A stretch of 64,000 nucleotides of DNA from Monocercomonoides exilis PA203 (taxonomy: Eukaryota > Protista > Preaxostyla): positions 744,001 to 808,000 of the forward strand of contig LSRY02000022.1 of the NCBI GenBank assembly GCA_001643675.2, written 5' to 3'. Both the position numbers and the translations under genes were made by a program. Below, one piece after another: positions 1 through 12,965 of the stretch; within the stretch, counting starts at the first letter, position 1, and each line of letters opens with the position of its first letter. The notes under the pieces are model-generated. The model made no database searches and was not told the origin of the DNA. It worked only from the letters and a program-made list of their open reading frames with translations.

Positions 1-618
1 ACCAGTGTAGATGGAGCTGATCGTGCTTGCTGTCCCCACCTTGGGGTTCACTCCAACCTCCGCTTTGACACAGTAAATATGATGCTTTCCTGAATAGTAT
101 TTTTTTCCATATTCCAGCTTTCCTCCCGGTCTGTTTGTTGGTATGACAGTGCAATCAACAACAATTCCCACATCTTTCAACTCCTCCAAACGATCAGGAC
201 GAAAAGACAGAAAAAGTTCTGTCAGTTGATGTTTGATAGATGTTGCTGTTGAGTGCAGCAAACGAACAACCGCACTTTGTGTTTCATATTTGGATTTCGC
301 CAGCAACAATGTCATTGTGAGCGAGCCATGATGAAGAAAATTTATTAGTAAGAAAAGTTGCTCCTCCAAAGAGTCAATTGCTTTGACCTTTCCACGATGA
401 GGAAAAGCATTATCAGAAAGAAGCTGAGAAAGAAGATCAAATTCTGAACGACTAAATCCAGTCAATCTGAAAAATCCAGTTGACTTATCCAAAAATTTCG
501 AACAAGCTATTTCGATAATTGTTGTGTTTTTTTCTTCTTTTGTTACATGAATATGTGTCGGAATGACATTCCTTTTTTCTACACATTTCAGAACATCCAT
601 AAAAGTGTTTTGAGACAT
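1..618 (-). CDS. PIF/Harbinger/ISL2EU-type (DDE_Tnp_4) transposase, 3' part outside the window
   Basis: Manual translation from the ATG at 618 is open to the window edge: MSQNTFMDVLKCVEKR...GFFRLTGFSRSEFDLL...VGIVVDCTVIPTNRP...YYSGKHHIYCVK. These are the FRLTG helix-turn-helix region, the first catalytic D (VDCT) and the YSGK motif. It is homologous to 39287-40414. It is absent from the ORF track because it has no stop in the window. Confidence 0.85.
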   Translation of the reverse strand, partial: MSQNTFMDVLKCVEKRNVIPTHIHVTKEEKNTTIIEIACSKFLDKSTGFFRLTGFSRSEFDLLSQLLSDNAFPHRGKVKAIDSLEEQLFLLINFLHHGSLTMTLLLAKSKYETQSAVVRLLHSTATSIKHQLTELFLSFRPDRLEELKDVGIVVDCTVIPTNRPGGKLEYGKKYYSGKHHIYCVKAEVGVNPKVGTASTISSIYTG

Positions 619-1430
619 CAATTCACTCTTTTCAAAACGTCAAAAACAATGCAACCCTTTGTTTATATTTATCAAATGATCAAAAATGCACCCATGATTT
701 AATTTAATAGTTTTGACTTTGTAAAAACCGTTTTTTATTTATTATATTTGTTTTATGTTCGTTTAAATGGTATTGGATTTATCTAACACCAAATGACTAA
801 ATAAAATAGTTTTAGTTCTATTAGCGTGTCAAATACCCGGGAATAATTCCCTTTTTAATTATTATTAAAGATCAAGTGAAAATAAATCCCATTTTCAGTT
901 TAAAGAAAAATGTTCTTTGTGAGTTTTAATACTTATAAAAACAAATTTGAGTGAAACAACTCAAATCTCAACAGTTCGGTTGAATGTTAGTTATATTCTT
1001 TCAATATTTTTATTTTCTAACTTCTTATTCTTTGATGATTTCTTTTTCATATTTTTCATTCAATAAATCGATGAATCCAAACTAATGCAAAAACAACAGA
1101 TGTAATTATTCACCACAATTCATGTAGAAGAATGTACAAATGTGTTTTAATTAAAATCAACAAGTTTGTTAAGTATAAATTGTTATCATATCATTATTTA
1201 GTTTGGAATTAAATATTCTAATTGTTTATGAAATAATCGCAACTATAAATGTTTTTATTGATTAAAACGTTACGAATTCTTTCCAGTTATAAGCGATCAA
1301 AAGTCTATACGAAAATGTGCTCGCGTGGAAGTTGAAAATCCAATATGCATTTATTTCGCGTATGTGAAAACAAGTCTTTTTATCATCAACACCTTCTTGT
1401 GCATGACCCATCTCAACCTCATCCCTCTCA

Positions 1431-4400
1431 GTGGCTGTCCACTCCTCACTGCCCAACACCACTCTGCTGCCACCATCTGCTCCTCCACTTGCACCATCCA
1501 CCCACCTTCCCTCACCAACAGCCACCACCACCACTGCCCCCTCTTCCTCTCTGCCCATGCCTCCCTCGCCCTCACAAACTTCTCCCTCATCACCCACCAA
1601 CCTGCCATCTTCTCCTTCCCCCTCTTCTCCACCACAAACAATCTCCTCCATAATGCCCACTCCCCAATCCCTGCCTCCTTCTCCATCTCCCATTCTTCTT
1701 GCTCCTCATTCATTCTCTTCTTCCGCCTCTTCCTCTTCTTCTTCCATCTGTCCCTCTTCTTCACTCACCCCACCTCCCGGCTATTATGATAGCCTCTCTT
1801 CCTTTCCACCTTCTGAATTGTCAAACTCACACAACTCTCCCTCTGCCTTCCTCAGCTCCCTCTCTGTGCATAAATCTTTCACTGTTCGTGCTGCTGCATC
1901 TCCTCTCAGAAGATCGGACGATTATTATTCGGAAAGTGGGCTGCAGCCAATCTTTCCAACATTTTTAGACAGAATTGAAGGCATTGATGTCACAGTGGCA
2001 GTTTTCGAGACACTTAGTGAGGTCGACGAGACACAAAGTCCTGGGTTCAAGGCACGCATATAACAGTTCGATTAACAATCTGAAAAGGTCACAACACTTG
2101 CCACTCTTTTGGCAGAAAATGGCATTGCAGTGCAGATAGAACAAAGTATTCTTCTTCATCAGCCTTCAAGACATCACCATCACATGCTTCAAAGCCCATC
2201 CGTGCTCCAACATTTTCTTCACAGCAGATTCAGAACTTGTGTGGCATTTCCAACAGCTCTCCAAACACAGGTGCGTATGCAGCTGTCTCTGCCACAACTG
2301 CCCTGCCTCTGTCTGTCCTCCTCTCCTCCCCCACCATCTGCCAGTCAGCTCTCTTCCCTCTCCTCTCTCCACTCACCAAGGATATCGAGCTGCTGATAAC
2401 TCCAATTCTTTCCTTTGCATCGCAGCAGAAGGAGAGCAGAGCAGACAAGACAGTCAAGCAGCACGGCATGAATACCACAAACAGTTGCCAACTGCCCTCT
2501 CAGCTGCTCGGCAGTGCTGGCTGGATGCTCAGCAGGGACCGCATTCGGAAGATCAGCGAGGCAGACAGCGCAACCCAATCGTCTCTGATCCAGATGATGA
2601 TGGACGAAGGTAGCATCGCCAGCGGCCGGCAGAAGATTTCAATCTGCTGGCCGATGCAGTCAATTCGATCCGTCTCCACTCACATTCCACAAGGCGATGC
2701 CTTCTTTGGCACAGAAGAGGCTGGCGGGGTAAAGCAGTGCTTTGGGTTATCCACAGTCTGCTTCATCGTCTTCTGTGTTGCTGGCTCCTGTGATGCCAAC
2801 TTCTCCTTCATCATCCTCCTCCACCACCTCATCCTCCTCCTCTTCTTCAGGTGTAGTTTCTCGTTCAACTTCCACAGCGAAGTTAACAAACACTTCATCT
2901 GACAATACGCCACCTCTTCTTCACTCTTCCTCCACATTGTCAGTCCCATTCGTCAGAGTAACCACTTTTGTGATGCATCCGAGTACATCCACAAAGCCTC
3001 CCTCTTTTTCGAGTGAAAAAAACTACACTTCTGGTATCTCCCTCCGCCCACTTCCAACAACCACACAGCTTTCACCTTATTCCTCTTCCACATTTGCTAA
3101 GAATTCTGCATTCAACGCATATCATTCCATTTATCACCTCCATCTTCATCCTCCTCTTGTCGACTTTGGGCGCCCGTTTGTTGTTGAGCAGCTCAATTCC
3201 TTCGCCAAGCCCAGGCAACAGGTTACTGTTAAGGCATCTTTGGAGCGGTGTGGGCAGTCGATGGAGGCGCACATCACAGCCTTGCACCAACGGGGCCACG
3301 TGTTCAGTATGGCAAGGAGATGTGCGTTCAGAATGGCAAGTGCTGCTTCTACTGACGGAAGAGTTGCTTCGGCAGGGATGTCAGCGGCAGCTGTTGTGAG
3401 CTTCATGCAGACGCTGAGTGAGATTTTGGAAGGTGTAGCTGCGGGTGGGATGAATGTGGCACATGGATCAGCTCCGAAGGCGTGCTCTTCTGCTTCTCTA
3501 CCAATCTCAAAGGCAGCTTTCAACAAAGATGAAGATGAGGATGGAGATACATTGTTGGGAGACAAGGCATCGTCGGATGAAGGAAGGTTATCTGTTCCTG
3601 CAAGCACACGCTCGTCTTTGTCCATTTCTTCAACATCTCCTTTGAGATCATCCTCTTCTTCTGCTTCTATTTCTCCACTCTCAAATTCCACAAATTCACA
3701 TGCTTGGCAAAGTATCCTTCCGTTCAGTTATCAATCACTCTTTCTACTGCTCCCACTCTTCCTTTCTCTCCCTTCTCCACATTCTCTCCTCTTGTTCTGT
3801 CTCTTCTCTGTACTCTTTTCACCTCTCCTTCTGTCAATCTTGCTCTTTCCTTCTGTCAACTCGCACAGCAGGCAGCCGACTTCATCTCCCAGCGAATTTC
3901 ACAGTTAGTGGTGGTTGGTGGAGCTAAAGAGAGACTGGCTATTACATCTGGCAGTGGCAGCAGCAGCACATCTGAAGCAACAGCAGTGATGAGAGGAGAC
4001 AAAAGAGACGATGGAAAGAGCAGTGATTATGGTGATGATGATGAAGACGATGAATCAGCAGATGATTAGGCTGCGAAGACGCGTGCACATCCGCCCGATG
4101 ATTTAATCAAAAGCGGGTCTGTTTCGCGGAAGTTGTCACCAGCAGTTATTCTCCCCCATGTGCAGCTGAATGACTTGGGGGTGCAGCTGAAGCGGATGCT
4201 GAAGATTCCTCTTCAGACGCTGTTTGTGTCGACCGCTTGCTGCCCTCTGCTTCCACGTAGGTGAATGGGTTCACCAGAAGCTGCAGCAGACAATGTTCAG
4301 AGAGCAAATGACAGCCAGCGTGGACTGTTCGGATAGGAGAACACACTCACCGTCTTTGCCTCTTTCGTCACTAGTACCTCATAAGGAGCAGAATTCGGTG

Positions 4401-4688
4401 TCTTCATTGAGTGCAATACAACAGAATACAGATGCTATTTCATTATCATCAGCAGCAGTTGCTGAGCTCTCATCTTTTTCTGCACCAATTCCACCTCCGC
4501 TCACTTCTGCTGATTCCTCCACCCAGTCAACTCCTTCTTTATCTCCTTCGTTATCTCTTTCTCCTTCACCTCCTCAGCTAACTTTCCTCAGCTCTTTCGT
4601 CAACAAGCTGACTAATCCGCTTCTGAACCCCTCAAATCTATCGGTCACAAACCCAGTTTCATGCACCAACGAAAAGTTGTTTTTTTGA
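1431..4688 (+). pseudogene. Fragmented Ser/Pro-rich low-complexity protein gene remnant
   Basis: GC-richer coding-like island. Successive Ser-rich ORFs (1431-2063, 2109-2396, 2742-3908, 3704-4069, 4224-4688) are broken by stops and frameshifts. No recognisable domain. Confidence 0.5.
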
Positions 4689-4895
4689 AATGAGTAAATC
4701 AAATTAATCTGTCACATTTCACTTTGCATGATTATGCATAAACTGAACACTTCTTCAAGTTGAAAAATAAAAACAATCGATTGGAATTATCTTTAAAAAG
4801 AGTTATGATATTTTTATTATGGAAACGAATGAAAGAACCTTAATCAAATCATCGTTGATATTCCCCCTTTGCTTTGTTTTTGTGATGATGAAAAA

Positions 4896-6382
4896 ATGGA
4901 TGAATATTTAGAAAAGGAAGATTGTGGAGAAGCTTCAAGCCAAAAGGCTGTCGAAGGAGAGAATGATTCAATAACGCTTGATAACCATGACATTGTAATC
5001 AGAGCTGTCGACAGGGAGGAGAAGTTGCTTGAATTGTTGAATGCAATGGAATCGAAGAAGCTTAGGCCTACAGATTTATTCAAGAACGGATTCGTTTCGA
5101 AAAGCAGCTTCTATCGTGCTGCAAAGGCAAGGAAGGAAGGAAGGGACATTTGCAGAATAGGAAGACCTCCAATTCTGAATAAGCGAAACAAAACTACGTT
5201 CCTCTCAAAAATTAAAGATAAAATACAACTTGGTGCCTTTCCGTGTGCAAGACAAGTGAAAGACATAGTTGGATTTTTCTTTCTTTCTTTTTTATTTTTT
5301 TTATGTGTTTATATCTCTTTACTTGAATTTATTAGGCAATCGAAGTAATAGCCGAAGATCAACACAAGCCAACTCAGAGCATTCATGTGTGCCGCACTTG
5401 GCCATATTCTTTTATCAAGTCGAATGAGGACCTATTCTTTGTACATCCTATTCATTTGCCAGCAGCGAGAGCTGCTCATTCAACAAAGGAATGCCTTTTT
5501 CCTTGGTTTGAAAAAGTTAGACATTTGTATAATGAGCATCAGTACAAATCGGAATTAATTTTTAATTTGGACGAAGTGTTTATTACAACTCCTGAAGTCA
5601 AGCCAAGCCTTGTTGTTGCTTCAAACAAAAATGATGTGTACATGACGCCAGAGCCATCGCTCCCAGCAGGCATCTCAGGGCTCTTCCTGGTTTCAGCAGA
5701 TGGAGTAAGTTATCCAGCTATTTTCAAAATCAGAGCAAAAAAACTACCAAAGGAATATTCTGACGCTACTGAACACTCATTACGTTTCACGGTTGATGAC
5801 ACTCCCTCAATGACTGCAGAAAGCTTCCGGTTCTTTTTCGAAAAAGCGATTGTTCCGTTTATGATCCAAAGAAGAAAATTCGTCAAATGCGAAGAAGAGC
5901 ATTGTTTACTATTCATGGATTCACTTGCTGCTCATTTGTCAAGGAATATCATACAATGTGCGAAGGACAACAGAGTTGATCTATGCTTTCCTCCTTCACA
6001 TACTTCTCATTTGGTTCAACCTTTGGATTTATACGTTAATGCCAATTTTAAAAATTCTCTAAGAATAACTGATTACGAAACTCATGAACCCAATGCGAGT
6101 AGTGCAAGGAGAAACTTTGTTTTAAAACTGAGAACTGCATTGTATGCTGCATTCAGTCCCTCTACAATCACAGCTTCATTCAGAGATGCAGGCATCTGGC
6201 CTTTCAACCCTGATATTGTTCTATCAAAACTTCCAGAGAAAAAGCCTGAGTGGGCGAAAGTGTCTTCAAAAATCATGGATCCTCAATTGCCTTATTTCAA
6301 CGGAAGAATTTTTTTGTCAACAGACCCAATGGCCCCTTATGATGACGGAGTTCATCCATATTTTTTTAATTTTCATGTTTAA
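4896..6382 (+). CDS. pogo/Tigger/Fot1-type (DDE_1, CENP-B-like) transposase, two exons
   Basis: HTH-like N-terminus (VSKSSFYR...IGRPPIL). Catalytic motifs FNLDE, LLFMDSLAAH and PPSHTSHLVQPLD. A phase-0 GT-AG intron at 5268-5335 joins ORF 4869-5348 to ORF 5387-6382 in frame (...VKDI|AIEVIAED...). The start codon is uncertain. Confidence 0.88.
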
Positions 6383-6658
6383 TAACATTTTCAAACTGAA
6401 TTTTTTTTTTTATGTTTAATAAATTTTTTAATGTTAAATATTTTGTTTTAATGTTTAATATTTTTTTTAATGTTTTATTTTAATAAAATGAAAATATATG
6501 ACAGTTGATTTTTTCTCATTTGTTTTCAGAACAAATATCGGTCATATTTGAAAAAAATCAATTATTAAAAAACGAAAAAAAATGAAGTTCCGGGTTTATG
6601 ACATGTCCCGGATTTTTTACACACTAATGGGGTTCTATTTTTAATTTTTCTTTTATTG

Positions 6659-6797
6659 CCAACCCTAACCCTAAAAAAATTTTGCTAAGAAAAACCTAAA
6701 AATTTTGGTCAAAACCCTAAAAAGAAGCACTCCGCGCAAACCCTATAGCTAAATAAAACCCTAGCAAGTATTTTCGAGTGCTAACCCTAACCCTAAA
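6659..6797. repeat. Cluster of degenerate telomere-like CCCTAA motifs
   Basis: AACCCTAACCCTAA at 6661 and ~6783, plus several AAACCCTA(A/G/T) units in between. Confidence 0.7.
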
Positions 6798-9221
6798 ACT
6801 GCAATCAATAGAAAAAACCAAATCAAAAATAACCCTTGGAAAATAATACTGGGTCGGATCAATTGGTACCAGTACACTTGAATTATACCTTTTCAAGGGA
6901 TATATATGATATAGAATAGTTTTATCTGAACTTCAAATATGATAATAATTAACCAAATAAAAATTCCAAATTTCAAATTTTGACATTTCACATTGCTCCA
7001 CGATCTATTAAATTAGTGAAACTTTTTACAAAAGTTATAAAAAACGAAATTAAACTATTAAAAACACATGACAATTTTATATGTCACTCATTTTTTCAAG
7101 ATTTCAATGTTTCTCAAGCAGTCCAATTTCATTGCATTTTTGCTTTAACATTTTCCTTATTCAAAATCTTCAATTTGTGAATCTGCTTGATTTTTGGATA
7201 TTTCCGTTAAAAAAACCATCAATGGCATTTGTAAATAAGTCATATGTGTATGAATCCTTTTACGAGTTCAATTTACGTCAACTACATTAATTGAACTTTT
7301 GATATTGATGATATACTTCTTCCAAAATATCGGAATGATTTTGTTCTTCTCTTTTTGCTTATTAAATAATCAACCTAATGGTAAACGTCTAACAGAAAAA
7401 TCATGAAAGAAATAAACTTAAAAAACTTTGTTCACATTTATTCCATATTCAGTATTTCACAATTTACTTGGGGGGAGGTGAATGTGCTTTCTGTGGCTTC
7501 AATTATCAATTTTTTTGTTCCTTTTATCAAAATAGAAAAATAACTGAAATTCAACAAAATGTTATGGTTGTTTGATTCAGAAAAATGAAAAAATAACATT
7601 CTTGAGATTTGGCTAACATGTTTCGCTATTCTTTTAATTCTCTTGTGTTTTTCGAATAATAAACATGAAGAAACACAAGTCACATCAGTGAAGAAAGTAA
7701 CTTGTCAAAATTCCTATTCTGCCAATCACGTCAGCATAAAATGCGTAATGGATATTTTGATTTGTGAGAATTAGAAAATAATTTCTAATAAAAATTGAAA
7801 TTAACATTTTTATCAAAATTATTTTATGATTTAAAAATATATATTTTAAATTTTATTTTTTTTCTTGTAACGTGGAAATATTTGTCACGTCCGTCAAAAA
7901 CATAGAATACCACTTCATAAGTTACCACGTAATCCAGAGCTAATTTTACCACCTGTTATTCACTCATAAACAAAAATTAATATTAAAAACCTCCTGGTTT
8001 TTGAGAAAAATCGTTTTTGAATGATGGAAAAAATGAATACCATTTAAGGATGGATAGAAATTGATCACGTTAATGTCTCATTTTACAGATCGCTAATCAA
8101 ATATTTTTCGAATTACAAAATATATTTTTATAATAATGAAACAACATGGAATCAAATAATGCAGTTTTGTCCACTTGCAGTGAACAGAAGATGAATTAAG
8201 TGAAGGAAAAATTTCTCCACAGATGTTAGATAAAATTGCAGAAATAACAGGTGTTTCAGATGCGGAAAATGGTTCTCATTGTTGGAATAAACTCCTTTGA
8301 AAAATTCAAAGATCCTAATCGAGAAAATAATGATGATTTTTTAGTGTTTCTGGACAAACTTGAAATAAAAGGATGAATTTTTATGAAAAGTACCTTTTGT
8401 TTTATTTACAAAAAAAATTAAAATATCACATTAAGATTTAATTTCTGTTCACATTCAAGAAATTTCACAAAAATAGAAAAAAATAACATTGTCAAGAGAT
8501 TGTTTTCATAATAGCAAAATTTGGTGAGCAAGAGCATAAATTTAATCGTTTAATGACAATTCTATTTTATTTGAAATTTTAACAAAAGGAACTTTCCAAA
8601 AAAAATTTCTCGCATAGTCAAAATTTCATATTTCGATCAAATTTTTGTTTCCACTCACCTAATTATTATGATAAGAAAACAAAATCTTGATAATAAAATT
8701 ATTTCCATTAAAGTGAAGTTACAAGAGTGTGAACAGAAAATTGATGTAAATATGAAATTTTTATCATATTCGAAAAAAATTATATGGAACTTTTCAATAA
8801 AATGAAGACATATCAGTGTTGCAAAATGACTGATGTTTCAAGACAAATTGTTAGTAGCTTTTATTCCATGGAAAGTGAATGCATGGCTGACAACGGTTCA
8901 ACATCTGTGTGATTATTTTTGAAAACATATTGTTTCATACAATAATTTCGGTACAAAGATATTTCAAGAATACAAATAAAAAAAAATTGAAAAGTGAAAA
9001 GGCTTATTGAATACATTATAATCTTTTATTCGGTAAAAATATTTGTTTCTTAAAACAATTATCATACTTTTTCTCTTTTGAATTAAAAATTTCTTTCTTT
9101 GAAAAATCTACACCCCGAAAAAATATATGATTTCAAAAATTATTACCCAAATATTAACATATAGAATACAAAAAAGATAAATTAGGGATGTGGTGTATTG
9201 TTTCATTCAACTATTAAATAT

Positions 9222-10734
9222 GGTCAACTTTTTATGAGACTTTTTTCTTTATTGGCACTTTTTTAATTTTCGATAACAAAAAGCTGAGAAGTGTGAAATG
9301 GCATTCAGCATTCAGATTACAGATTTTAACAAAATTAATTCTATTTCTAACCAGTTTGTTTTTTTATTTTTGCTTTTTACACATCGAGAAATTTCGTTTT
9401 TTTGCTTAATTAAATAGGACTTTTTCCAGCCAATCATGAAACTCAAAAGAAATTGGATACATGCTTTGAATTGCATAAACTATTATCTAACTGTTTTCAA
9501 ATTCTTTTTTATTTTTGTTTTTATTTTTTATTTTTTATTTATTTTTTTTTTTGGCAATCATTTTTATCATATTATTTTTGCATTTCATTTTTTTAACAAC
9601 ATTCTAACATAAAACTGATTATTTCTTTGTAAATATAATGAAATGATAAAAATAAAAAATTTGAATTGAGAATAAAACATTTCAACAATGAAATACAGTG
9701 AAGCTCAGTTATAATCACAATTCATTTTGCACGATTTTTTGTAATTATAACCGAACTTGATTATAACCGAGCCATTTTTTTCATTGAAAAGTTTTTTTAA
9801 ATTTATTCAGAAGATAAAAAAGAAATTTTTTAATATTTATTAAAATCCACACATTTGAATCGATTTTCTAATTTAAAATGAAAAAATGAACTATATTGTT
9901 AATTATAAAGCAGAAAAAAACAACTTTCATTTTTTCAAAATTTTCAAAATACACAGAAAAATACCCATTAATTTTCAAATTTTGTGATTATTCGCGATTT
10001 TGGCTTGATTATAACCGATGAAATTACACATAAAAAAATGCGAAATTTGTTAATGCACGAAATAATGTGATTATTCGCGGTCTTGATTACAACCGAGGTG
10101 ATTATATCCGAGCTTCACTGTATTTCAAAAATTCACATTAGTTTATTCTATTTGTGAAGAATTTGTATTTCTCACAAAAACTTAATCATTTATCATTTCA
10201 AGTTTACTGTATTTATCCGTTATAGATAAATAGAAAAAATTAATGTTTTATTTTAACAACACTTCTTTCTTAAAAAATTTTTATTCTCAATTCAAATTTT
10301 TTATTTTTATCATTTCATTATATTTACAAAGAAATAATCAGTTTTATGTTAGAATGTTGTTAAAAAAATGAAATGCAAAAATAATATGATAAAAATGATT
10401 GCCAAAAAAAAAAATAAATAAAAAATAAAAAATAAAAACAAAAATAAAAAAGAATTTGAAAACAGTTAGATAATAGTTTATGCAATTCAAAGCATGTATC
10501 CAATTTCTTTTGAGTTTCATGATTGGCTGGAAAAAGTCCTATTTAATTAAGCAAAAAAACGAAATTTCTCGATGTGTAAAAAGCAAAAATAAAAAAACAA
10601 ACTGGTTAGAAATAGAATTAATTTTGTTAAAATCTGTAATCTGAATGCTGAATGCCATTTCACACTTCTCAGCTTTTTGTTATCGAAAATTAAAAAAGTG
10701 CCAATAAAGAAAAAAGTCTCATAAAAAGTTGACC
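9222..10734. mobile_element. Non-autonomous foldback element with ~456-bp TIRs (MULE-like)
   Basis: 9222-9677 is the reverse complement of 10279-10734, with termini GGTCAAC...GTTGACC. The flanks TATTAAATAT / (T)TATTAACATAT resemble a degenerate ~10-bp TSD. Confidence 0.85.
9696..10120. mobile_element. Tc1/mariner-pogo type MITE nested in the foldback element
   Basis: TA|CAGTGAAGCTCAGTTATAATCAC...GTGATTATATCCGAGCTTCACTG|TA, i.e. ~23-bp TIRs with a TA TSD. Subterminal repeats of TTATAACCGA. Confidence 0.88.
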
Positions 10735-10762
10735 TTATTAACATATTTTAAAAAGTTACATA

Positions 10763-12965
10763 CCATGGGTGCTTAACCCGCACCCTGGTGCCAAACCCGC
10801 ACCCTGCAAATTTCTTGAAAATCTAAAAGTCAATTTTTTCCTTTCAAAGAAGTTCATTGATGATGAAATTGCTTGAAACAGGTTTCAAAAAATACTATAT
10901 TCTATTTTTTTAATCAAAAATTTTCAAAAAGATGAATTTTTTATTATTTTGCTCCTAAAAGAGCATTATCGATTTTTACTGAAAAAGAACAAAACAAGAG
11001 TTAAAAAAATATGTGCATGCTTGTTTGTTAATGTGTTTTCAAATGTCTTCAAAATTTTTTATGATTTGAAATATTCTGCAATAAATATCACATTTTTCTT
11101 TGTTAGATCGTGCCCATAAATATGTGAAAAACAAATAGAAAGTTCTTCAGCTTCGTCGAAAGGGGTTTGTTGAAGTTATTTCTTATGCTTTTTAATCAAA
11201 AATCGCTCTTCTTATTAATGTTCATTGAAAATTTCATAGTTCCATGAATTTATTAATGAGCTGTTATTGCATTTATTAAACACGAAATATTTAATGTTAA
11301 TAGGATAATATCACTGTGATAATAGTTCTATTTGATTAAAGCATTTTAATTCATTGTTTTGTATTATTTGTTATATATTCTATTTGTTATAATATGTTTC
11401 TTTTGTGTAACATTTAAAAATGTTATATTTTGCGGATATATTAATTGTTTGCTGTTAGCAGCATTTTAATCTTTATAACATCTTAACTGTTGATCATTGA
11501 TAATATTTAGAGAGCAAATATTTGCATGTTGATTTTGAGAACTTTGATTTTTTATATTAGAATGAAACTATTTCTTTCATTTTATATGTTTCTGTGGAAT
11601 TGCTAAAACTTATAAATGATTGAAAAGTTGCAGTTTTCTTGATTATTTGCAATATCATCGAAAGTTTATGTTCCATTTTTGTGCATTATGCTTGTATTTT
11701 TAAACTCTATTCAATTTTGTTTTTGATTCAAATTTCACTATTTCAACAAAAATCGAACTTTTATAGCTCATTGGTAATAAAAGGCTAATAATATAATTAT
11801 TGTGCCCAATATCAAAGTGTATTGATCATGAAAAAATCATGAAAAAACATGTTAAAATAGAATTTTGACGTTGATTGTTTCAATGAAGCGTTAAATGGAT
11901 ATTGCATATTTTTTTTCAATTTCAATATATAATATTACCGAATGAATTGTTTAAAAAACTTTTAGAATTGTTTTTTGCTGTTTTTATGATGAAAACAAAT
12001 CTTAAAAATATTGAAATCACATCATTTTCAAGTATGAGATAGAATATATATATAAAGTGCAACTTGGAAAAAAAACTATTCGTAAAGTCAAACAATAAAT
12101 AAATAACAACTTTTTTATTGTTAAGAACGAAAATAATTTCAAACAACAGTTTAATAAAAAAAAACAAATCTAAAAAATAGAACTTTTCTAACTGAATTGA
12201 AAAAATTGATTCAAGAAAACGAAACTTGTAAAAAAATTTTAATTCATTTAACATTAATATGTTCGATGAGAATCAGCAAATAATAGATTCATCAACAAAA
12301 ATCGATCAATTTATCTTGAGCAAATAATTTTGTGAAATTAAAAAATCAGTTTAAAATAATCAATAAAATATTGAAGATATAATATATTGGTAATTAAATC
12401 AAAAAATTATAAAAGCACTATTACATCAATGTAACGAAAAAAGACAACATAACATAATATAAATAAAACTTGACATATTCTAATAAAACTATGAAATTTT
12501 CAATGAACATTAATAAGAAGAGCGATTTTTGATTAAAAAGCATAAGAAATAACTTCAACAAACCCCTTTCGACGAAGCTGAAGAACTTTCTATTTGTTTT
12601 TCACATATTTATGGGCACGATCTAACAAAGAAAAATGTGATATTTATTGCAGAATATTTCAAATCATAAAAAATTTTGAAGACATTTGAAAACACATTAA
12701 TAAACAAGCATGCACATATTTTTTTAACTCTTGTTTTGTTCTTTTTCAGTAAAAATCGATAATGCTCTTTTAGGAGCAAAATAATAAAAAATTCATCTTT
12801 TTGAAAATTTTTGATTAAAAAAATAGAATATAGTATTTTTTGAAACCTGTTTCAAGCAATTTCATCATCAATGAACTTCTTTGAAAGGAAAAAATTGACT
12901 TTTAGATTTTCAAGAAATTTGCAGGGTGCGGGTTTGGCACCAGGGTGCGGGTTAAGCACCCATGG
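10763..12965. mobile_element. Non-autonomous Tc1/mariner-type element with ~479-bp TIRs and TA TSD
   Basis: TA|CCATGGGTGCTTAACCCGCACCCTGGTGCCAAACCCGCACCCTG... at 10763 and its reverse complement ending at 12965|TA. The arms are 10763-11241 and 12487-12965. The interior is AT-rich and non-coding. Confidence 0.9.

Larger units (their letters stand above)
820..6628 (+). mobile_element. Candidate pogo/Tc1-mariner element bounded by short imperfect TIRs, containing the DDE_1 transposase and a Ser-rich gene remnant
   Basis: ATTAGCGTGTCAAATACCCGGG (820-841) matches the reverse complement of 6607-6628 (ATTAGTGTGTAAAAAATCCGGG) at about 18/22. A second copy of the motif (CCGGGTTTATGACATG) lies at ~6590-6605. 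Confidence 0.45.

Noticed and set aside
815-6639. 8-bp direct repeat GTTCTATT on both sides of the candidate pogo element as a TSD
   Set aside because: It is not symmetric with the inverted ends, and pogo elements duplicate TA. Likely chance.
6900-9200. AT-rich region with short ORFs and CACGT/CCAAT motifs
   Set aside because: No recognisable protein or paired termini. The motifs are expected by chance.
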